Of a DNA stretch of 64,000 nucleotides, positions 11,926 to 23,903 are shown piece by piece; positions within the stretch are counted from its first letter, which is position 1; each line of letters opens with the position of its first letter. The notes beneath the pieces are model-generated. The model saw nothing but the letters and a program-made list of their open reading frames with translations. It did no database searches and had not been told where the DNA came from. This DNA is from Marsupella aquatica (taxonomy: Eukaryota > Plantae > Marchantiophyta), in contig OZ316892.1 of NCBI GenBank assembly GCA_973895155.1, positions 16,358,357 to 16,422,356 on the forward strand, in the 5' to 3' direction. Position numbers and translations under genes: made by a program.

Positions 11926-14409
11926 TCAAAGTCCCACAAGTTCCTTTGGAACCACAAAGCCTCTATACAGGCCATAGTGCCCTTCTAAAGCCACACATTC
12001 CATTCCTGGAGCAATGTCAGTTACATCTATATTCAAACTACATTGGCCTACAAGTTTGACCTTTGTGATTGTCTCAAGCAATTGAGAGAAGCTTCTGATG
12101 TCAAAGCTTTCCTGACTACTATCACTGTCATTGTCACTATTGTTCGTGTCCACACTCTGAAGGTTCTTTTTAGCATTCAATTGCACAGCTTCTCTTTTTG
12201 TCGCCCGCTCAAGGCAACTCCTTCTGTCATGGCCTCGCTCACCACATACGCCACATTTGCTCACCTTGAAATTGCATCCTAAGTCGTTATGTTGGACGTC
12301 CTTTCCTACGTTTCTTCAATGGTGGCCCATAATTGGGGTCTGGCAGCAATTCACTTCTCAATAAGGTTGGAAGATGAGCCTCATATGTCGCACGGAATGT
12401 GCTCGTTGACAATCTGGTCAAGGCCCGCCAAGCATGTACACAAGGTAACTAAGTGTCTTGGAACTCACCACAACTGCAAAACCACTTAGGCTCAAATTTC
12501 ACAAGGTACTGAATATTCTTTTCATCAGTAATTCAAACCTCAATTGCATTGGAAGGGTGGGCAGTAAGGTGAGTGGCTTTCTCTTTAGTCTCCCTCAAGT
12601 ATGCCATAATGTTGGGTGGGAATGGAGTAGATACACTTGCAGCCAACTCTCGTTTTTCAAAATACTTGACCATGATATAATCCCAAATCTGAGAGGACAT
12701 ATTCAGCGTTACCTCCTGTCGTTGGGGTTTGAAAGCTTGATTACTGCTTACTGCTTGCTGTGAAGTTTCATGACCCCACCTGCCACAACCAAATTGCATA
12801 GTGCTCACAGTCAGTATGAAATGAACCAATACAACAGGCAACTTCAATCACAAAGGAAACAATTGATTTAACAATAAAAGAAAACAATTGTGGGCAAAAG
12901 AAAATCTTGCCTTCGGCCAGGGAAGAATGCTCAAGAATAAAATTTAGGGTCAGTTGTTTTTCAAATGTACTCAACAGCAGCCGGGTTTTTTGCTTCAATC
13001 TTCTCCAATTTCAGCTGGAACTTTGTTGGAGTTACAGCATAAGGCAAGGACTCAAACAATTTCCTGATTCCTTGCCATAGTGTTTATGCACATTTTCTGC
13101 AAGGTGCCATGTGCAATATGCAGGATTTGCATGGGGAAAAATCCGCGGCACCCCATCTGTCAACCCTTTCTCCCTGTCCAAAATAAACACAGTACCTACC
13201 TTGCTCAAGTTTGGAATGGCATCTCGTATCAAATTCAGGAAGAACGTACATCCAGTTCTCTTCATTTTCTGATGGCACCCAACAATAAGCAAGTATAACC
13301 ACAGTGTTGTTGGCATCAAGTGTGGTAGCCATAAGTAAAACTCCAGGATACATGCATCGAGTGTGGGTGCCATCCAAGGCCACCATGGGTCTGCAATGAC
13401 GATATGCTTCCTTGGAAGCTGAAGGGCAAACAAACAACATGTCCAATCAACCACCAGGAGCCCTGTACTTAGCAAATGCCCCTGGGTCACGCTTAAGGAT
13501 GTGGTGGCAATGAGTAGGGATGAACTTAAAGGACTCTATCTGGCCGCCATCTAAATGTTTCAAACACCTTTGCTTGGCAACATATGCAGTGTGGTATTTA
13601 ATATATGGATGGACTAGTGCCTGGGCGGAATCCCTCAAGAATGAAGTTCTAGTCTGGTGATTCTTACCAATGATGTCCAGTATGCGGTCAGCAAGCCTAT
13701 CTGAATTAGAATGCATCCTCCGATGGTAGTGATCTGCTGCTTCACAAGTCAGAGTGCTCCAAGTTAGCTACTGTTATGGTTATAGTTTCAGATCTGGACT
13801 TCTTTGTTGCCCTAAGGCGCCAGGGGCATTGCCTTTCATAGCTCTCAGAATTCATTTGACATCTTACCTTCCACTTGGTATGGCCCTTCTTTTGGGTGAC
13901 AAGGACTCTCTCAATTTTCACTCTGTCATCCACAATGACTTTCTTCAAGTCATCCAAGCTCTCAAATGTGGTCCCGACTTTCAAGTGGACAGCTTGCTGT
14001 GCTTCCATAGTACCTATATAACACACAAATTTGCACTAACTATCACGTTTCAATTTGTAATTCAGCTCACTGTTTCACAGTACATAGATTCACAGCTTCA
14101 AAAGGAGCCACCAAATAAAATGCAACTTTGAGAGTAACTTGCAAGTGTGATCGGCAGCAGAGCACCAACAAAACAGAGGGGAAATTGAGTTTCAGTGGCC
14201 ATGGCAATGTTCAGACAACCGTCTTACGTACCCTGGGAATTTTTGTTCACAAAATTGAATTGATAGCCAAGGCAATACTCGAATTGGAATAAACATTCTT
14301 CATTATTTGCCCTTCTCCAGTTGAAAGCATCTATATCATGAACAAGGCTGTATCTCCATCCCGTTGTGTCGCCTCCAAGATGCAGTCGATCGTGGGTGAC
14401 ATTGCACAA
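11926..14409 (-). pseudogene. MuDRA-like MULE transposase, disrupted
   Basis: Domains appear in the correct order. N-terminal DNA-binding domain (LKVGTTFESLDDLK..VRC..CPWRLRA, 13742-14026). DDE core (CRPMVALDGTH, ILDREKGL, YCTWHLAEN, 13032-13490; SNAIE ~12540). SWIM (FCSCGEFQDT*LPCVHAW, ~12425-12480). Zinc knuckle (CGVCGERGHDRRSC, ~12215-12255). Multiple stops and frameshifts. Confidence 0.9.
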
Positions 14410-14444
14410 ATACAGCCACTAACCAGGCTAGGCTGGCGGCACTA

Positions 14445-14770
14445 TGTAGAGGTTAACTCAGTCTTGGGTTGAACTATGGTTAGTATGTTAACTAGGGTTA
14501 GAGTGTTAACCCTAGTTGAAGAGATTGGTCCTTATCTCTTCAACTTGTATGTGGTGTGAGAACACACAAGAGAGTTCTCAAGAGAGAACATAGTGATATA
14601 GCAAGAGATGAGAGCTTGAAGATATGAGAGCTATGGTGATGCTTGAGTAGACACATAACCGTTAATAAAGCTTGGTCTTCCCATGGACGTAGCCAACCTT
14701 GAGGCGAACCACGTAACTATTGAACACGTGTATGTTTGGAGTGTTTTTCCTGATCTGATTTCTCCCCACA
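14445..14770 (+). repeat. Copia 5' LTR (326 bp)
   Basis: Starts TGTAGA and ends CCCACA, followed by the PBS. Positions 14566-14770 match 19986-20190 with 4 substitutions counted. Confidence 0.92.
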
Positions 14771-14772
14771 AT

Positions 14773-14784
14773 TGGTATCAGAGC
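14773..14784 (+). other. Primer binding site, tRNA-iMet
   Basis: TGGTATCAGAGC two nt after the 5' LTR. Confidence 0.92.
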
Positions 14785-15942
14785 TCAGGTTTTTTTTCAG
14801 TCGATTAGGAACTCCATAGAACTTGCTTCAAGCAAAGCGAACAGCGGATGATTTCCTCTTCGAAGCGGAGCTATTGAAAGAAGATCGGACTCAATCTTCT
14901 CACAAGTGTGGAGCACACAACTAGGGGCTCATTTCAGTGAAGCAATGAAGGCCTGAGGTCAGAAATGGAAACAATTGTAAGTGACGGTTTTCAATTTACA
15001 TTATCGGGCAAGAGATAAGGTCAATTTGTCAGATCAGTCTTTTTGATTGTTCTATCGGGACTTGAAACTGAGATACGCTTGAGCGCCTTGTCTTTCTAGA
15101 CGTTTCGATATCAACATCGTTGAATTCCGTCAAACGGTTGAGAAGCAATCTTAATTTCAATTCTCATTTTTTGAGCTCAAAATTTTGGCTATGGCAGATA
15201 ACTTAATATCAGTCACTTTCACCGAATTGTTTCTCCCTCATTACTCCACCGTTTTGCGAGTTCTTTATATCAATCTTAATGCCCTCGAAGTCTAGTTTAT
15301 GAATCTGAAATCAGAATTGGATTTCGTAAAAAATTGAGACGGGAATTTGAGTGAATCCGTCAAGGGGTACTTTCTGCCGCGAGTAGTCGCGACTTCCGCG
15401 GATGCGCGAGGAGGTCAAAAACTTCGAGGAGGCCTTTTAGGGCTCGACAGGGCTCGGGCAGGGGGAAGTGCCCCCTGTGAAGTCCCCCACAGGGGCTGTA
15501 CAAGGGCGGACGGAATTTCCCCAAAAGATTCTTTTCCAGAGGCTTAAATTTTTACCGAAAGTCAAAGATTCCGAGCGGCAAATAAAATCGGATCAACTTC
15601 AACTTTTGGAGAGGCGTACTTGGGGAAGCTAGGCAAGTATTGGTGCGTTCAATTCTGAAAAAGTATACTAGTGGAATATTTGGCATAAGAGATTCCCTCG
15701 AGGGGTAATTATTTCATCTTTTACCCCCCTCTGGTCGGAGTAAAAATTCTCGGCACTCGAGAGTCCATTTGACAAATCGTTTTCAGAATTTGGAGCATTA
15801 CCTTGTGGGCTACACATAGGAGTGATCAGTTTCAAAATTCACCAACTTTCATTTTTGGCCTTATTTTCACACCCCACATCTGAGCATTCGACGTTTAATT
15901 CTTGTCGGAAGACGACTCCACACTACATTTGGCATTCCAGCG

Positions 15943-18900
15943 ATGGCGACTACTAGGATTGGAGGTCAAAGGTTTGAGGTGGAAAAATTTGATGGTCAGA
16001 TGGACTATACAATGTGGGAACGTAACGTGAGGGATGCACTTAGGGCGATGGGCCTAGGCAAGGTACTAAGATCTCAACCCAAAGAGATGGAAGATGATGA
16101 TTGGCATGATCTTCAGGATCAAGCGGTAAGTATTGTTAGCATGTACCTGAAAAACAATGTGAAGAAGCAGTTCGAGGAAAAAGCAACACAAACGGTGACG
16201 GACTTGTTTCAAGCATTGCGCAACAAGTACTACAAGAAGGAGATGTCAAACCGAATGTATGCAAGCCTGAAGCTCATGCAATTCAAAATGGCTGATGGAG
16301 TCAAGATTCAAGATCATATTGATCAGTTCAATGATCTTGTGCGAGATCTTGTGGTTGACCTAGAGAATTTGGGGGAGCAATTGAGCGAAGAAAAGAAAGC
16401 TTTACAACTCTTGAGCTCACTACCACCTTCGTACCAATCTTTGTCTTGAGTTCTTCTATTCCGTGATAAGACAACTATATCCTACAATGATGTGGTGAGT
16501 GCCCTGTTGACCGATGACATGCAGTCTAAGCTGGTTTCTTCAGCTCATCCTACCTCAACCTCATCATCAACAGCACTGTTGGTAGAAAGAGGCAAATCAA
16601 GCGAGCCATCTCATGAAAACAAAAGGTTTAACCCATTTCCCATGGAGCGAGGAAGGTTCCACGACCGATCTTTTGGTAGGAGGAGGTTTAGATCCAGATC
16701 TAGATCTCGATCCAAATCGCCATCCAAGTCTACTCGTGAGATAAAGTGTTGGAAGTGTGACAAAGTGGGCCACATGAAGAAGGCGTCAAAGACATATTCA
16801 AGGAAGTTGCCGGTTCTTCAGCCCAAGTAGTTGTTCGAGAAGAGGATAGTGAAGGATTTGCATTGTGTACCACTTCCCAAGTTGAGGATTGTCAATGGAT
16901 CTTGGATTCCGCTTGCTCGTATCATATGTGCTATATGCGTGAACTTTTCTCATCCTACACTCCTATCAATGGATCTGTTTTGATGGGAAATAATCATTCT
17001 TGCAAAGTTTTAGGGATTGGATCCGTAAAGATTCAACTACCCGGTGGCAAGTACTATACTCTATCAAATGTCAAACACATTCCAGAAATGTGTAAGAATT
17101 TGATTTCTCTTGGCTACTTGGATGCGAAGGGTTATCAATGGAGTGCAACTGATGGGGTGTTAACAATCACGCATGGATCAACTGAAGTTCTTATTGGCAA
17201 GAGGAAAAGAAACATCTATGTCTTGGAAGGCACCACCATTCTTACCAAAGTCAATTTGGTCACATCTCAGGAGGAGAAAATCAATTTATGGCATGCTAGG
17301 CTTGATCACATGAGTGAAAAAAGTTTGGAAATCCTACACAAGCGACATCTCCTACCAGGATTGCAAGCATGCAAGTTGAGTTTTTGTGATCATTGCATTG
17401 TCGGCAAGAAAACAAGAACTCCATTTTCGACTGCCATTCATCATTCTAAAGTTATACTTGAGTATATTCATTTTGATGTGTGGGGTCCTGCTCCGGTTTC
17501 CTCACATTCAGGCAAACAATACTATGTATCGTTTATCGATGATTACTCAAGGTTTGTTTGGATTTATTTCATTGCCCATAAGTTTGAAGTGCTTTCCATC
17601 TTCAAACAATGGGTAGCTCAAATTGAGACACAGACTACAAAGAATGTGAGATATCTACGATCAGATAATGGTGGTGAATACACCTCTGGCGAGTTCAACA
17701 CGTATTGTGCAAATAAGGGAATTACTCACCATCTCACAACTATGTACACTCTTGAGCAAAATGGTGTTGCTGAGCGACTCAACCGCACATTGTTGGAGCG
17801 AGCAAGGAGCATATTGAGCCACTCTAAATTACCACAAATCTTTTGGGTGGAAGCTGTCAACATAGCTGCTTATCTAGTAAATCTCTCTCCTAGTCGGGCA
17901 ATTACTTACAAAACCCCCTTTGAGCTATGGCACAATCAACCTGCTGATTATTCAAAGCTTAGGGTTTTTGGCTGTGAAGCATATGCACATGTTCCTAGCA
18001 ACAATAGGACTAAGCTAGATCCTAGAGCCCAGAAATGCATTTTTCTTGGTTATCAGCGTGAAATTAAAGGTTATCGGTTGTGGGATCCAGTTGATTGCAA
18101 GTTACTTGTTAGTCGGGATGTATCCTTCAATGAAGAAAAATCATTGAAGGAGGGGGAGATAGGTCAATTCCCTACTACTAACAACGAGCAATCTCCTCCT
18201 CTAGAGGATTTAAGGGGAGAGGATGTGTCAAATGAAGAATATGTTGACACTACTATAAAGCGCACTACAATCAGATCAGCCAGAGTCTTCAGTGCGAAGA
18301 GGAACTCGTAAACGTCAAGCCCGGGAAAGGTATGGAACTTGGCTTCCTTCTGATCATGTGGATTTGGATGAAGAATCTATTGATGCATTGGTGACAGAAG
18401 ATGGAGACCCATCCTCATTTCGAGAGGTCCTAGCTTCTATGGAGAAGCAATAGTGGTAGGTGACGATGCGCATGGAAATGAAATCACTTCATGATAACAA
18501 GACTTGGGAACTCACAAGTCTACCTAGTGACAAGCAGGCTATTGACAGCAAGTGGGTGTATAGGAAGAAAGATGGACCCACGAAGGATGCTGAGAAGATA
18601 TTTAAGGCTCGGTTGGTAGCCAAGGGTTTTACTCAACAGAAAGGTATAGACTACAATGAGGTTTTTTCACCCGTAGCAAAGTATTCAACAATACGTTTGC
18701 TATGTGCTCTTGTAATTTTATTTGATCTGGTTTTAGATCAAATGGATGTTGTCACGGCATTCTTATATGGATCGTTGGATGAAGTGATTTGCATGAGGCA
18801 ACCATAGGGTTTTGTGCAAAAGGGCAAGGAAAATTTGGTATGCAGGTTGCTAAAATCCTTGTATAAATTAAAGCAGAGCCCAAGGCAGTGGAACAAGCGT

Positions 18901-19974
18901 TTTGATGAATTTTTGAAATCGCTTGGATTTGTGAGAAGTGTGTACGATCCATGTGTTTACATCAGGCGTGTGAACAACACAGGTTTTAAGCTTGTCATCC
19001 TTGTACTTTATGTGGATGACATGCTCATTGTAGCACAGGATAGGGGCGAAGTTGATAAGCTTAAGGCCCAACTCAGTTCTGAGTTTAAGATGAAGGATTT
19101 GGGCACAGCCAAGAGGATCCTAGGCATGGAGATTGTTAGGGATGTTAACAAAGCCAAACTTTGGCTGACGCAGAAAAGATATGCAGAGAAGGTACTCTCA
19201 AAATTCAACATGGCAGATGCTAAGGCTGTGAGTGTTCCTTTGGCAAGGCATTTCAATATTTCTATAGCATTTTGTCCATCGGATGCGACAGAAAAAAGTT
19301 TGATGTCCAAAGTTCCTTATGAAAGTGTTGTGGGTAGTTTAATGTATCTCATGGTATGCACCCGACCAGACATAGCTTATGCCGTTAGCAAGGTAAGCAG
19401 ATACATGGCAAATCCAGGAAAAGTTCATTGGGAAGCAGTGAAATGGATTTTGCGCTACATCAGAGGTTCCACTAAGGGTTTATTGTTTGATGCAAGTTCA
19501 AACAATATGAAAGTGCTTCAAGGTTATGTGGATGCAGACTACGCAGATGATCTGGATAAGAGGAGATCGACAACTGAATATATATTTACACTTGCTGGTG
19601 GATGCATTAGTTTGAAGTCTACTCTCCAAAAGTGTGTTGCAAAGTCTACTATGGATGCCGAGTATGTAGCAGCAACAGAAGCAGCATCAGAGACCATTTG
19701 GTTGAAAAAGCTTGTCACGGAGATGGGTTTATCACAAGAGTGTGTATATCTTCATTGTGATAGTCAAAGTGCAATTTACACTGCCAAGAATCTGGTGATG
19801 GATGGTAGGGTAAAGCACATTGATGTCCGCTATCATTTCATTCGACAGACATTATTGGATGATGAATTTGAGCTTGTCAAGATTGATGGAAAGCTTAATC
19901 CAGCGGATGCTTTTACCAAAGTATTAGACTCCAATAGTTTTTCAAGGCATTGTAATTATTTACAAATATTGTAA
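15943..19974 (+). pseudogene. Copia gag-pol polyprotein, disrupted
   Basis: Gag (VEKFDG..YTMW, RS-rich stretch, CWKCDKVGH). Protease (WILDSACSYHM). GAG-pre-integrase (LWHARLDH..CDHC). Integrase (DVWGP, LRSDNGGEY, QNGVAER). RT (KARLVAKG, QMDVVTAFL, LYVDDML). RNase H (YVDADYA, AEYVA, CDSQSA, KHIDVRYHFIR, ADAFTK). Premature stops at 16447, 18451/18457 and 18805, plus frameshifts near 16790-16830 and 18270-18310. Confidence 0.95.
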
Positions 19975-19985
19975 ATATAGAGTTA

Positions 19986-20190
19986 ACAAGAGAGTTCTCA
20001 AGAGAGAACACAGTGATATAGCAAGAGATGAGAGCTTGAAGAGATGAGAGCTATGGTGATGCTTGAGTAGACACATAACTGTTAATAAAGCTTGGTCTTC
20101 CCGTGGACGTAGCCAACCTTGAGGCGAACCACGTAACTATTGAACACGTGTATGTTTGGAGTGTTTTTCCTGATCTGATTTCTCCCCACA
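19986..20190 (+). repeat. Copia 3' LTR, 5'-truncated
   Basis: Matches only the last 205 bp of the 5' LTR. There is no PPT between the pol stop (19974) and the LTR. Confidence 0.9.
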
Positions 20191-22477
20191 CACTAGAACT
20201 GGAAGTCTAAAGGCAGCAGCAAATGTGTAAACAGTTGCCAGTTGCCAGCCTTTTCGTGATCAAAAACGTATGTCTCCCAAAGAACGTAAGTCTTCCGTGT
20301 GCAGAACGAACATCGGGCGAGTTTCGTGAGAGGGCAGTCGAACATCGAGCCTTCGACCTTTGGCCCTAAACCACTTCTTTGAGTGGGGTTCAGGAGGGAA
20401 AGAGCAGGGGCAGTCCATCATCGATAGAATGACTTGAGGCAGTCACATGTGGAGTGGGGAGTTCGGGAGGGAAAGAGCCGGGAGTTCCAAAGGGATAGAG
20501 GCAACCTGCCTAAAAATGCGAGGTCGGGTCCAAAAAAAGCCCGCGACAGGGAAGCGCGCAATGACCCGGGATGAGGCAAGGGAGGGGGAAAGGTCAATCC
20601 TAGGCTGGTTAGTGACGTCGAATCGCGCCTTGACATGTGGCAGCGGGAACCCGGTGGTGGGTTAAAAGTAACCCGTATATGAAAAGGGGGGGCATGTTAG
20701 CAAATAAAACTGTTTGGGGGACAGGATAGTAAATTTGGGCAATTAGGGGAACAGGTTAGTAAAAAGCTGATTAAAGCTTTGCCCTAGTTAACCTAACCAA
20801 GCACCATAGTTAAGTACCAACAGCTAGGGCACCTGAGGAGAACCAGGCACCTGTGATGTAATCGCCACACTGGATTTGAGTATGCTATTTAGAGCAATTT
20901 TAGTTCATTTTGCGACTATCGGGACCAACTAGCTTTTTGTTGCCTCCTTGGTCTTTTAGAGGATTTTCCCCTTTTCCCCTCTTATTGGGCCCCTTGCCTT
21001 GGCAATGGTTTCTCTCCGTTTGGTGATTTTTGTTTAGAAGTACTTAGAGTACATAGATGGAAACAAGTCACCAAAGTTTATATACCAGGAAAAAATCAAA
21101 GTACAATGAAAGGCAAGAAAAAATGGTCCAAAGAAAAAGAGGTCCAAAGAGGACAAAAACCAAACAAAGAAAAAGAAAGCAAGTGCAACCTAAAAAACTG
21201 GTTGAAGAAAATAAAGGGAAGGATTCAATCAGTGCATGAGTGCAAACTCAGGGACTAGTGTCCGCATTGGAAAATGTGACAAGAGCTCATAGGTCACATC
21301 TAATGTCCTAACTAAATCAGCAAGTGGGACAGGATTGTCCTCTAGGGGGGCTAGTGTCGGCAGAGGCATAGTGGCTCCTACTATGAGGGATTGACAATAA
21401 ATGATACAAGCTTGGGCATGCTAAAAGGGCACTAAAATGTGCTGACAAAAGGGCGTTGTCAACTGTCAAGATAGATAGTGGGGGTCTGGAGGGACCCATC
21501 AGTCCATGAATGTCACAAGCAGCCTGTATTATTATAATATTTGTATGATGTACTATTATAGTGTTTGTATGTATGATGTTAAAGTATTGTCTATCATTAT
21601 TCCTAGAACTTGATCCGGAACTTGATCTGGTCTTTTTCTTGCATGTGGGTCCGACACAACTTTTGCAAGGGAGAGATGGAAAATATACTTGCCCGTGGGT
21701 CCAAATGGAAGATAAAGTGATAAGCAAAGGGAAATTCATTTCTTTCCGTCCAAGTCAATATTGAAAGGGAGAAAGTGACTCGGAGCAAGGAACATAACAC
21801 ATGTGTTTGAGCCCTTTATGAGCAAGAAACGGGTACTCATTCAATGTAACTTTTGGGCAACTTGACTCCAGGTTGGAATTCCATCAGCTACCAGTCGCCA
21901 GGAGCAGGTACCAATTGCCCTCATTAGTTGTTTGCATGTGTAACTTTGAACTTCAGCTAGGCTACTGAGTTGTCAAAGGGATTATTGAGGGGAGCCGATT
22001 GCAAAATTTCCAATTTTGTGAGACTGCCAGGAGGAATGAAATTTGATTTCGGTGAGACAGCTGATCTTCACTGAAATGGGTGACTCATAACTTATAGGGT
22101 AAACAATCTCTTGCATTTATTTAGTCCTACCTGTTATTCGGTTTTAATTGAATTCATTATGTGTGAATCCTATGATCAGAAAACCCTCATTTTTGCAGCA
22201 ACTACATTGTCACAACATGCAGCAAAAGGAAAGCATAGACTTTGGCTCTAATCAAGTCACTTTTTGAAAGTTTTACTTGCCTGTTATTAAACAGCAATGT
22301 CCATTGTTTTCACAGATTGGGCCGACAGATTTGAAATGTCATTTAAATTCAATTCATATTCTGGATTTTTCAACTAAAGTAGCAGCATGAGCATGAGCTA
22401 GTAACATGACTTAGTAAAATGGAAAAGTGCTTGGAGGTCATTAAAAAAATCTGTCCTCCCTGAGTAATCTGTCCTAC

Positions 22478-22920
22478 CTGGGTGGGCCAAGTGCCATACA
22501 AACCTAAGGGTGGCTTTACAAGACCTTGGGGGCAGTTTTCACTTTTCTTTTGTCTCCAAGATCTGATCAGGGCCATCCATTTGGGAGAAACTCCTACTAT
22601 TCACTTTACAATACGTGGGGGCACTTTCAACAAAACCTATAACCAATCCTACATGGCATGGAGTGGGGCCCAATTTTTGCTTAAGTGGAGCACTCTTTTG
22701 TCCTAAACTTTAGACCACCTGTCTTGGAGGTTTCTTCTTCTGCCCCCTTTGATAGTTTGATCCATAGGAATGCATTAAAAAGGGACCCACAAGGCCTTCA
22801 TAAGATCTTCTCTTGTCACATCCAGCCAAAGACCAGGTGACATTCAGGTGGAGTGGGTCTTCAATTTGTCTTTTAGCAAGTTAATCTAGCACCACTGGCT
22901 GCACTTCCTTTACAAGACCT
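22478..22920 (-). pseudogene. Decayed coding fragment, possibly an ASCH-like domain
   Basis: One frame with 3 stops reads EVQPVVLD*LAK...VGPFLMHS...GLVIGFVE...LPPRSCKATLRFVWHL. These motifs are in the order of ASCH (QPWA, RGPLLIHA, G.IIG.VE, P..KG.LGLW). Confidence 0.25.
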
Positions 22921-23903
22921 TGGTGGCCATAAAAGGATTCCAAAAATGCTTTTTAGCTCCCGGGCACCATATTTAGTGTGTGCAATGGCCCTCCAGTTTG
23001 CTTTGGTGAATAAATCACAACTCTCGTAAAGTCCTCCAAGAGATGACAGTTGTCCGTGCCATAATTGTTATTGTCATGTTTGTTATGTGTGGACAAACTG
23101 AGGTACGCCTACTGAAAACTACAATGAAGGGAATGCTATGTCTGACCATTTTTTATTAGTATATTAAGTCATCATTTCATGTTGTCGCCCCAGGATAATC
23201 TAGAAAAATAAATTCTTTTGTCATCAGGCAAAAGTATTAAGATGAGGAGATGAGTAGAGGAACAATCTTCTAAGTTGGAAGAGACCTATTTTGAATCCAA
23301 AGCAATTACAGTAGTTCTTGAAGAATTCGACCAGTTAGGTGTTTACTAAGTTACCCTCAAACTGCACAACCTTCTTCATTTGCTTCCAAATTTAATTTAG
23401 TTAGTAAGTTGTCACGTTGATTAATCCTAGCCATACATTCTAGCTATTTGAGTTATTTAGGGTTGTCCCGTTCTTTGCAAAGGGGCAACAGAATAATTAA
23501 ATTTAAGGGGGAACTTTGTAAATTTATTCCATTTTTGGGATGATGTAGTAAAAAAAGGTTAAAGATATTGCACTTAGTCAATATTTTGGCTTAAAAGAAG
23601 ATAAATTTGGTAGTTGGAGAGACAAAATTTTGGGCAATATTTTAATTTAAGAGAACAAATTGAAGGAGAACAATATGATTTTGAAAAAGTGAGCCTTGAA
23701 CTGACGACTATATGAGATTTGAACCCATTTTCAGGCCCAATGTGCATCCAAGCTTGTTTCTCTCCCCATTTCTCTTAGTAATCTTACTTTGCAGTGTAAA
23801 TTGAAGAAGGAAATAGGGGAAAGAATGTTCCCATACTAACATCCGTGGATGTCCAGCCTATAGAATGTACAATGTAAGGCAAACACTTCAGAAAAGTGTT
23901 TTT

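Larger units (their letters stand above)
14445..20190 (+). mobile_element. Ty1/Copia LTR retrotransposon (Tnt1/Tork-like), defective, nested in the MULE
   Basis: TG...CA termini; 5-bp TSD cacta at 14440-14444 and 20191-20195; tRNA-iMet PBS; gag-PR-IN-RT-RH domain order. Confidence 0.95.
10269..20769 (-). mobile_element. Mutator-like element (MULE) with long TIRs, interrupted by a nested Copia element
   Basis: TIRs of ~240 bp at 10269-~10506 and ~20530-20769 (cagctttttactaacctgt... / ...acaggttagtaaaaagctg). Perfect 10-bp TSD attaaagctt at 10259-10268 and 20770-20779. Contains an internal MuDRA-like transposase. Confidence 0.95.

Noticed and set aside
16447-16449. Gag-pol readthrough stop in the Copia
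   Set aside because: The TGA lies mid-gag at a probable CGA codon (C>T decay), and several other stops and frameshifts are present.
18147-18160. Purine tract inside the Copia pol as the element's PPT
   Set aside because: It lies in coding sequence after integrase, 1.8 kb from the 3' LTR; at most a central PPT-like tract.
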